Part shown: positions 21,201 through 33,200 of the stretch, piece after piece | Position numbering within the stretch: the first letter of the stretch is position 1 | How the letters are laid out: each line of letters begins with the position of its first letter | Virus record (IMG/VR): IMGVR_UViG_3300030333_002703 | Coordinates: 32,001-96,000 of that record | Source of the DNA: a virus | DNA: 64,000 bases | Direction: 5' to 3' (one strand) | Made by a program: the position numbers and the translations under genes | Notes under the pieces: generated by a model | Databases searched by the model: none | Told to the model about the DNA's origin: nothing | What the model saw: only the letters and a program-made list of their open reading frames with translations

Positions 21201-24200
21201 TTATGCCTCAAAGGTATTCGTGCCGTAGATTCACCTACCACTAATGCACGATTGTCTAACTTACCACATTGGAAACAAATGGACTTTACACGACGTTTGA
21301 CAATAGACCTCGGTGAAATAGGTATCAAAGAAGGTGTAACAAGTGTAGAAGCGGCGGCTCATGAAATTGTCAGACTCATCAATCAAGCCGGTGCAAAGAA
21401 AGGGCGGTCGAATATCCGCCGCCCTGTTGACCAATTCCCCGGTGCTACTGTCGGTCAAGACGATGGTGCATCTGCTCACATCAAAGCCGATTACGCTGTT
21501 ACAGGTTCAACTCATGACCCTGCATCATTTTGGGATGATACAGCGTTCTCATCATATGACCGAGGTTCACATATGGGCTATTTACGCGCACATATAGGTC
21601 GAGTAATTGAAGACCGTAATGGTGTTGAAGGCTATACTATTGTTATTCATTCTACAATTCCCGGTGCAACAGGTCGTAATTTCTGTGTATGGCTTGATAA
21701 TTCCAAAGGGCAGACAAATTACAATCCACAGTTCTTGATTGGTCATGGTGGTAGATTCAATTCATTCTATTGTCAACCATTGGAAACTGCTGGTGAAAAT
21801 ATGCACCCTGCACCTATGCCCATCAATAAGCATGGGCGACCGTTTGCACCTATCACTACACTACAACAATTTGTTAGTACAGGTGTGCCATCCAGTGCTA
21901 ATGCACAATTGAATCGCGCTATCCCACCCACACCATTTACGGCTCAAGAACAAGAAGGTGCGCTTCCAGCATTACCTAGTTTTGGTGCGGCAGGTGGTGG
22001 AGTTGGTTCTAATAGTGTCACAATGGAAAGCACTATGCCTACAGAAATGACTGTTGTAGAAGGATTGGGCGTGGGTACAAAGGCATATGCTCAAATGAAC
22101 TTTGGTGGTTTAGTTGCATCTGGTGTTCCCGGTTGGAGTCCAGACTATGGAACATGGGGCTTTGGTGATGGGACAGATAGCCGAGCGCATAACATCTATA
22201 GTGCATCTGCCGCAACCCAACAAGATTACACAAGTCATGTTCCCGCGACAGATAAATTGGAAATTGGAACAGATGGGCAAATCTATGGTATCCAATTTGA
22301 AGACCATCTAAAACGTAAGCATACTGTTCGGATGCTGTATAAGGAATACGGAAAAACATTCACCAATGAAAATACCAATCTCCCATCTACAATTGAAAAT
22401 GAAATTGTCATTTGGATGGATGACAGAGATGTATCATTTGGTGGATTCACTATTGGTCGCGCTATGAAAGGTGCTGGTGATATTGGTAAGCGTATCAAAA
22501 CCGGAGCGGCATGGAAATTGGACACGAATGCATACGATGGTGCGGTGACGGAATCCAAAGCCGCATATACAGATGCAATTACAGATGTCCCATATTGTGG
22601 AGGCCGATGGAATGGTGTACCGTCGCCAATGGCAGCGTATGCTGTAACCATAGACAGACCGTCAGGGACTTCATTGAGTCTGCGTCACAATCAAGGTGAT
22701 ACATTCGCATGGAACAAATTACATGGTGGCATATGGCATGATTTACCAGCAGATGGTGACGTACTAGGATTTTTAGGATTCCCCAAAACAAACGGTGTGC
22801 TTCAACTCACATTACCAGAAGGTAATTCAGGCGGAGCGGCTGCTGACATTGGTTCAACTGGATACATGATTTCATACACACATCGGACTGAAAATACCAA
22901 ATTTGGGCCACACACATTCTATGGATGTACAGGTATTCCGACAGCATTGAGTGGATGGGGTGATACTACAATTGGACCGGACACATACGAAGTGGCAGAA
23001 TCACCTGCGTGTATATCTGCTAGACCTAATTGGACAACATTGGTGACGGATGAATTGATTGCAGCCGCTGTCGAGTTTGCATTGACAATGGATGACCCCA
23101 ATGAAGGTGATACATTTGATTGCACGAATATGTTGGCAGCCGACGGTCGCACATTTGGTGAATGGGGTATCAGCCCATCAGCAATTCGTGTTCAGGCATA
23201 TTCTGATAAACACCCTATTACACCATTACGTACATTATTCAATGTGCGTCGAGAGAAAGATTACGGCATATTACACGCTCATGCGAATGCGCCACAAAAG
23301 ACTGTAGATGGTGTAGCCATTCATGCGGCAGGTGCTAGCCATGCAAATGCTCACCTATGGTATAACGAATCATATCCATTGAATCTTACGGAAGGAACAA
23401 ATTCGACACCTGCTTATGCATCCCCAAGAGGTATGACCAATACTGCATTAGATGGGAATATGGGTGTCCCATGTGGATATGTGCCGCGAACTGTATTGCA
23501 TATCTCCACTAGGTATCGTGGTGCAAATGCTAACACGGTATCCCCATTGGTTGTTGATTCGCGGAATGTACCAATCAATACAGATACATGGCAACAAAAC
23601 CTACGTGGTGAACTATGTCAGTTCTGGGCAGGCGACCATATTCTACCTATGATTAACAACGGTCGTGTCGAATTATCTGTTTCTTCATCATCAGATGACG
23701 CTAATGGAACATTCACTAATGGTGGTCATTCATCAACTGGTAAATGGGCAATAAAATTGTCTACGATAAATGGTGGCGGTGGTACATCTAGTAATGAAAT
23801 TCAAGAATTATTCCAATTCGGCCCAGTGGGTCGAATCAAGAACGAAAATATGGGTATGATTACGGCTGGCGCACATGGCGACCATTTACCATTTGGTGGA
23901 GCCGAAGATGCATCGTATGTAGCCCCATATACAATGTGGTGTAGTAATTCAGATTGGGCAGTGATTACTCCAAAAGCCTCACAAGCCGATGCTAAAGCCA
24001 GTGGTGGCCCCACTAATTTGTTTGATAGTGGATACCGTGATGGTGGATACCAATGGCGTCATCAATTTGCACGTATCAATGTATTAGATGACTTATCTGT
24101 TTTGGCTAGTGGTGTCACTGCAAACGAAAGTGAAGAATTCACCGCTCGATGTGATGCTACAATTGCAGCCAATGAAATCATCTACCTACAACGATGGTTA

Positions 24201-27200
24201 AATCCAGAACATGAAGGTATCCGCACATCTGGTTCATATGCTTATGCGAAACCCATCACATATTTCCGTGGTGCGTCTGATGGTAGTGACCATTCAGTAC
24301 CATTGTATTTCGGTGGTGGATTCAGCGGAGCAGTATTAGACATCAATGATGGCACAGAAAATGATTACACCGAGTTCTATACACATCCATATTCAGCAGG
24401 ACCAACAGGTTGTGCAGGGATACAAAATGCAAATGAGATTATGGGGTCGCATTGTATCTTAGACACCACTGCAATGCTCGCCATGTTCCCCGGCACAGGG
24501 TATCTCGACCAGCACAAAGGACAAGCCAATCCTCCGTTCCAAAATGAACATCTGCAATTGTCACCTGATATGGCATTGGAAGATAGCCATGTACCTATCA
24601 CTACTGCAAGTAGTCAAGGACCAGATGGTAGTACAGGTGCGGCAGGATATACAAACAACAGTAAGACTGTTATTCAAACACAACCGTCACCCATCATCTT
24701 GAGATTCGCGCATCCATTTGCACGGTATGAAGATGTGCAAGATGATGCTAAGAAAACTCAAACTACCTATGTCGTATTCGGTCCCGGTCAATCCGTGCCG
24801 ACATTCTTACAATCCAATTACACCAACTCACCAAGTCCGACTACTTACATTGAACCATCAGTTGCCATTTCAGTAGGTTGTTTATACAACAAATACTTGT
24901 TTGCTAATTATGGGTCTGACCGTTCAGGCTTCAATCCAGTGGGTGTGGGTCGGTATATTCCAGCATATCCATACGCACCAATGGCATCAGGTCTATTGGC
25001 ATATTATGGAACACCAGATTATGCGTATCTGCCTAATGGTGTGGATTTGGGCAAAACTACAACATGGGATAACGCACCAAAAACAGGTAGTAGTAGCACG
25101 ACTAAAAGTGGTTGGGATGCAAAGATTGGATGGTTGCCTCCCACGAAGGATTATCAGCAAGATAACGTCACTCGTTGGCAAGGTGTAGATAATTGGGAAC
25201 CTGCACAAGGCGACCCTAACGCAGACCAATACAATCAATATGATAGATATGGATTGCATTTGAGTGGTCATTTCAATCGTCACGACTATGGTGAAGATTC
25301 TAATCACGACCCTGCATCTGGCACATGGTCGTATGGTTCCACAGGATATGCTCATCCATTATCTCCATTGACTCAAACAATTTACAATGGAAGTGGTGAA
25401 CGCTTAGCCGGTCCTATTGAAGATGCTGCTGCTATTGACGAAGTGAGTAGTAGAAAAATCTATACCGCTACAGCCAAGGATTATGCGTGGCACATGGATG
25501 GTGGGCATCCACCCGGTGCTAATTTCCTCGATGACCGAGTGGTGCGTAATCCACAAAATGGTGGCGCTGCCCAATACTGTTACGCATATCATCAGATTTC
25601 AGATGGAACCTATACACCTAGTGAGTTCCGTGTTGGTGACAATGCGACCATGTTCCGTATTGGTGCGGCTATGCTTAAACAACTAACAGATGGTTGGGGA
25701 TACACACAAGACAATCATACTACAGGTGTCGAAGGTCATGTTGACCGTGACATCATTGTAATAGATGCGACACGTGTACAAAATGCTGAAGAACTTGCTA
25801 CTGTAATGTCATGTGCCATCAATGAATGGCCGGGAACAGGTGCGCTCAAAGCATTGGGTGGTACGTTCCTACCATCATTCCAAAGCGCTCACAAGCAAGA
25901 CCGTTATTCATGGGTAGAATTACCAATGGACCCCACCGCAGGAAACAGTGGATTGAATGGGCGCACTGACCATTTGACTTTTGAATCAACAGCAATCAAT
26001 ACAGACTATGTACATCGTGACCATTTCAGTATTGGTATTGCGAATCTCAATCCATATACTAGAGCCACAGTGACAACGTATGTTCCGTATGAATTGCCAG
26101 TAACAGGTAGTGGGCGTTTGTTCTTAGACAGTGATACAAACCCTGCAGTAAAACGATATGTTGGTGCAGATACAGGGGCGGATACAGTATCAAGTATGAA
26201 TGACCGAGGTTTCTACTTCTTCTATGCCGGTATATCCAATTCAGATGATACTTCACAAGGTGGTGGCACTGTCGCTACAGCCGCACATCGTTCATTCTAT
26301 CTCGCACAAAACTACCGTACAGGTCTACGATTGCCAGAAGACCCTACTGTAGATTGCACTAACCGAACATTCTCTAGTGGTATGACAGGGGCGCAACGAC
26401 CCGGTATGAAATACATGGAATGTGCAGTACAAGCAGTAACAGCAGCAATTCCAAACCCATTGGTAGGATTCCCGCGTATCATGGTATGGACAAAAACCGG
26501 CAACCATCGGTGGAACAATGGCGGATTCAATACTGCTAACGCAACTAAAACGAATACTGACCGAAGCCGATTGGGATTGGATACAACAACAAGTCTCATC
26601 TTCCATGCATTGGCTTGTACCCATGTGCATTTCAATGGATTACATGATGCTGTGGACCGTACACGACCCATTGGTGCGGTGGGATGGGCTGGCAATCAAT
26701 ACTCGATGCTCAATAGTATGGGATATTGGGAACCGTCATTGGGTGTATTCGCAGTACCGCGAGGTCTTGGTGCATGGCATCCATACCTATCATTCAATCC
26801 ATATGGTCATCAAATGGGATGCCATGATAGCAACTACATTGGTCAGTATCAAGCCTCAAATGTTTTCGCAGATGGTGACAACGCTGCCAATTATGGTATT
26901 GGAGGAATGAATGCCACAGACGCATCTGCTCATTGGTCATATTCAAATGGATGGTCAACCACATATCCAACTGCTAAAGGGACACATGAAAATCACTATG
27001 TGGTTATCACCCACGAAAGTGAATTGCCGTTGGTTGCACGTGCTGACCATTTAGGCATCAATGGTGTTGGTGATTTGCTATCTGGTATTTGGAAAACATC
27101 TGCAATGGGTACAACGTCACCACCCGGCAAGGCTGCCAATAACGACCCAAATAGTATTCCACCTACAGGCACTACTGCATGGTCAGCGGATATTCATGCC

Positions 27201-30200
27201 CCATCTCGATACAGCGCACCAGCCAATGGTGGTCCGTATGTTGAGGCTCAAGTGCCAGCCACCCTTGAGAATCCTACAACAAACGATACGAAAAGAACCA
27301 ATATGCAATGGGGTGCGAAAGTAGATGGTGCAGATGACCTCATCATGGCAGATGCGTGTGCTGCACCCACAGGTGATTTGTTTGTAGGAACAGATTGGGT
27401 GGGTCATGCCAATACATATTATTCAGATGTGAATGGTATTGGTGGTGCAAGAGCCAATGCATTACCCGGTATTTTCGATGCCGATACGGAACCACAAAGA
27501 TACTGGCACGACCCTGTATCCAACGCAGGTAAGGTTGGTGGGCGCAACTTCACCGTTGAACACGTAGTATGGAAGCGAATGGATGGTGGTAATCTATCAT
27601 TACCCGCACCTAACGCCCGAGGTCTTGGTGCATTACCTTGGGTATGGCGTAAGCAAAGTGGCACATCAAATTATTACAAGACAGGTGAAACTGTGTATGG
27701 TAATTGTCGATTCTCATTTGAAACAACCAACAGTGCAATGCTACCTGTCATTCAGGCACAAGAATTATCCCATCCACAACTTGCTGAATTGTATCCATTT
27801 GAAATTGGGAATGCTATGACGATTCCTAATGAAGAGATTCAATTTGAATCCATTACGGTAATAGATGACACCGGACAAGAGCATCGTATCGAAGGTGGTT
27901 CACCATTTGGGACAATCATTCGTGATTTCAAATCTATCAGCGACCGCACTGATGAAGGTATGGCCCCAGCCCTTGCAGGTAGTGGGTCATATCCCAACAT
28001 GGAAATTCAATTACCTGACCCAGATACAATCCCCGGCAACATCATTGTGCGTAGTGGATTCGATAGAGTGCAGTCATACCAGAATGAAACTGTTGGTACT
28101 GGAGGTCTGCAACACCCATCACAACCCACCAATTTAGTGGACAAGGCATTCGATGGAAGTGGCCCAACAGATGCATTGTGGCCTACATGGGAGAATAACA
28201 AATGGGAACAAGTCGCACAAGATAGCACCTTCCCTCAATCTGTTACAAGCAATTGGGCGAATTCGACAGATGATGCACCACTCAAGACCGCATACGAACC
28301 ACATGACCGCACGTTGTATTTCCATATCACCAAGCACGATATATCATACAGTAAGCGTGAACCCGTAGCGGCAATCAATCATATTCACCAAACAGCACTT
28401 GGTGGTGGTGCAACTAATCTTGTATTGCGTGACAATATCACTGTCAATCAGACTACATTCACAGGCACGACACTAACCTATGGTGGTACAGTGCATTTCC
28501 ATGCTACACACAAGGGAGCCATCTTTGCTGACCCACGTGAACAACTGAAGGATGGGTCGAACCGATGGTATTTGGTGGCTATCAATTCAGCCGGTAAGAA
28601 AGCCATTGCGTCATACACAGGTGTTACTACAGGGTCAGCGCGATTCGATGGTGTAGTGTTCGATTCAAATTGGGATGAGACCTTCAACGGCGCAGACATA
28701 TACCCATCATTCTATACACCCGCAGGGTCAGCACGTCTGTTCGCTGCCCGTCGTATGCGTGACCATGCTGAAGTATCTGGGAACAGCCCTGATATGCCAC
28801 GTGTAGCATGGTGGAAACTCAATGATGGAGGGCCGACATCTACCAACCCATACGACCTCATCAACGCACCCAAACTCACACCTATGCCTATTCCACGCAT
28901 GGGCCATCATTATGTCACACCAACGATGGCAATGATGCCCGGTCATCTAGCCCATCCAGTGTATCAGAACATTTGGAAATCACATTTGGCGGTAGAATCA
29001 TCTACACGCGCACCCGTAGAAATGTCAGGGAATGTGGGTGGCACACCTACAATGGACCCCAACATTTGGTTCTCCAATCTCACACCCAACTATCCACCAT
29101 CTGATATTCACGGTGGTGCATTCACATTGATGAGTGAGACGAAGGTGCGCTTCGATGGATATGGTGTGTTGGCATCCAATGGTGTAGCAGGTGATGTAAA
29201 TAGCAAAGGTGGTCACGTCATCATCTTGGAATCAAACAGTCACTATACACAAACAAGCCACTTCCCTGACCCATTGGAAGTAGGTGCATATCAGATTGTA
29301 ATTCAACCAAACCTATTTAGTCAGCAAGTCACAGGGTTCCATCAAAACACACCGTTTGCTGATACCACATCGCCACGCAATGCTGCGGATAGTGCATATG
29401 AAAGTGACCTTGAACAGAACTTGACAGGTCAACAAGTAGCAACAGTTGTAGGTATATTCCATGATTGGGCAACCTATGGTGCGACAGGTCTGGTATTGGC
29501 CGATGCATTATCAGCAGACGTGCGTGGATGTGAGGTATATCTCAATGAGATTATGCTTGACATTGACCCTGCCGCTGGTCAGCAATTCACATCATTACCG
29601 CCATTGGCTACATTCAATGCATTGGGTGTCAACGAATCAACATCTCCTGCGTTTTCACGTAGGTCTATGCCATATCATCCAACCATGTTCAAGCGCGCTA
29701 CGCCCGGATACACATTGACAATTCCGTGGTGGGCCATTGGAATGAATAGTGGAATGCATTCAGGTCTATCATTGATTGGTGTTGATGATTACTACCAATT
29801 CTGTCGAGCCACCTACGGTGCAATCAGCGCACAGATTACCTTGGCAGGGTATCCGTCATACTTCTTCGACCCATACCAGCGTGAACATCAAAGCCTCAAT
29901 CCTCAATGCACCGTCACCACCAATCCAACCGCTGGTGCTACGGCAACAGTTCGTGTAGATGATAACTCATTGTTCCCATTGGATGGTAGTATCTACAATC
30001 GGTTGCTTATGACCATTGATGCAACAGGTCAGAAACACTATGCCACTTACGCAACACGTGGTACAAGTGGTATGGCTGCAACGGGTGATACTGATAGATT
30101 CTTGACTGTAACACCGGCTGATGGTCTAGGTGCATCATCACCTATTTGGAATGCATTAACGACCACTCACGCACTATACAATGGTGGTGTATTACATCTC

Positions 30201-33200
30201 ACAGGACCACACCATAATTACGAGCGAGGTGCATTGTTCACTGATACTCGTATCAGTCCATTAACACGCATTCTACCACAGGTATTGTCGGGTTCACGCG
30301 ATACCAACAATCTGTTCATGGCTGATGCATACCTATGTATGTGGCATCATAATCTGGGTCGGCCATTCACCGCATTCTCCGAGGGTCGAACCACTGCAGG
30401 TTCACCAACGCATCAAAAGCCATACAACATCATGCCTGAATCATTTGAAATGGTTCACTACCATGAGTTCGCATACGCTATCAGCACAGGCCCATTCGCA
30501 TTGGGTATGAAGTGGATGAATCATCGTATTGCATCTGATACATCTACTGGCACATGGGACAACGCCAATCATCGTATTACATTGACCAACAGTCCAGTTA
30601 CATCTGGCTATGGTGCTGATGGTGGAACCTTTGATGGGTATTATCTGATGATAGATGGGATACGAGCATACCATGAGGTCGGTACAGTCACATTCACTAT
30701 TGACGACGGCAACAAACGATTGAATGCTACTGGTGGTGGCGCAAGTGTCAGTACAGTGTTTGAAGGATTGGTTGCTGCTAGCGCTGTCGTAGAACTCATC
30801 ATGGATGATGGAACCAATGCGGCTATCGCAGCATCATCAGCAGTGAGCGCACCTGTGACCATGCCATCCGGTGGCAAGCATTTCTTCGGTGGATTCTGGC
30901 CCGGTGGGTCACGATACGGTGCAGGTGCATCCCGTCTTGATATGTGGGGTGACGTGGAACGTGGATGGAACGCCGCATCTAATCCATTTGATGGGTCATG
31001 TGTGGCGTATGCCGCACAATACAATGCTGGCCCTACATTAGACCCAATGGAGATACGAAGTGACCAAACTGTGACCAGCACATGGACAAACTACAACACC
31101 ACACCACACAATGGTGCGCCTTGGACACGGAACTATTGCTTCGGATACCGATTCGCGGTCCGGCAACCATACAACAGACCTCGATGGGCTATCGCTATCA
31201 AGAGTGTAGCGGAAGGGCCATCAGCCAGTGGGACATATGCGGCAACGGGTCACTTCGCATATTACAACGGACCGTTTGTTCAAAATGAAAGCGGGTCATG
31301 GACAAGTGGTGCTGAAACAGCCGTGGGTACTACCAGCATCGCATCAGGTATCAGTGGTATCTTGGAACGTCAAACCAATGCCAGTCATCTACTTGGCTTT
31401 GACATCCCCGGTTGGCAGGTTCGATACAGTGATGGCCGACGTATGACACGACCATTCGGTTGTCCTGTGAGAACCCTACGCAATCACGGATTGTCACGCC
31501 GACAGTTCCCCGGCGATAGTGCAGGGTTAGCCATTGAGGATGTGGTCAAAGCCAATATGTACTACGTTGTAGATTGGTGGGGTAACACCACAGGTGAGGA
31601 TGTCAGACGATTCCCAGTGCGTGGCTTTGGACTACGCCCTGCCTTCGACCCCGAAGCATGGCGATGGACTGCACCCGGCACAGGTGGTAACATCATCCAA
31701 AGACCTGAATCTCTATTCCATTTGCATTCCAATGCATCTATGCCTCCATCAGTACAAGAAGGCAATCGCAATGAAACAAATAATAACGAATACTCGGCAA
31801 CAATGGCTGATAGACGACTGACTGATTTATTCAATCCACTTGACAGTATCCGTGTAGGTGATAGAGGTGACGGGCGTGGTGTTCGATGCCCTATCTTCTT
31901 CAATGAATATGTAGCACAAGCCGTGAACACTACCATCAATCCATTGGGTTTGATGTTATCACATCATACTGCTGAACCTCCATTCACACAAGGGTTGATT
32001 CGTGCGCGTGACGACACACTACAAGGCACAGAAATACCACGTGGTATATCATCTCGTATGGGCATTGCAGATGCGGCAGGTCTGCTCAAGAAAGAAGGGA
32101 CATCAGGTCGTAATTTGGAAGAATCATCAGGTGTATTTGGTATGGAAGGTTTGTCGTTCCAAGACCCAGTGAGTAGAATGTCACCACGCATTGGTTTAGA
32201 TACTCTAACCGTAGGAGAGATGATGGGTCAAGCCAGTAAGGATTACATCATTCAAGCGACACAGGCTATCAGTCTACATACTGACCGTGAGGTTGGTCAG
32301 CGATACATCTTTGAGGGTTCATTCAAACACACTATGTTCCCACGATTAGCGGCAGATGGTGAAGATGATGTGTCAGAAACCACACAAGCATTGGGTCATT
32401 TGGACTTCAGCAAAGCAGCATCCATGACGTGGGCCGACCCACCATCTATCCTGCGATTCAACAACGCACATGGTGTATCTCCATTGGGTGGTAACTACAT
32501 CATGGAGGTCTCATCATACAGTGAACCATTCGATGACACCGGATGGGGTATTGACGGAACAGTATCATTGGGTTCATCAGGCCCGACATCCAACCCATAT
32601 CAAGGGAATACTGCATCATCTAATTTGAACAATCCAATGTCACGACGCACCAATGCATTGGACACAACAGTACGATTCTTGGTTAGACCATATCGTGTAT
32701 TGGATTATCGACACGTTGCATTATTCAGACCTGTCGCTGAACCAGTGGCTGGGACACCTCAAGCATTATCTACGAAGCCATTCTTCAAACATACAGCAGG
32801 TAGTCGGTATGGTCTGTTCAACTATGAGATGGCGAATGGTCGAGCAGGTTTGAATGTGTATGTGTCTACAACCAATCCGTCACCAACGACAGCCCCATAC
32901 GTCGCGTCATACATCCCCAATCAATCCAACTATTCAGATAACAAATCACATGGCCCCAAGATTCAGGGTGCTTCAGTGCTGAACGCATCAGGTGTAGTTC
33001 CCACACCAACACTTGGTACACCTGTGGCACGATTGCTCATCAGTGAAAACACATTACAACACTACAGGTCTGATGCATCACGTCGTAGAACCATTAGTGA
33101 AGAAAATGATATAGTGATTCGCCCAGACTATAGTGTGCAACCAAGATACAGTCAGTCTCTTCATCCAAAGGGTGAAGGTGGCACAACGGACTTCAACACA

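Noticed and set aside
17247-30800. Diversity-generating retroelement template/variable repeat pair
   Set aside because: Both copies are in-frame coding, differences include indels and are not adenine-specific, and no reverse transcriptase is in the window
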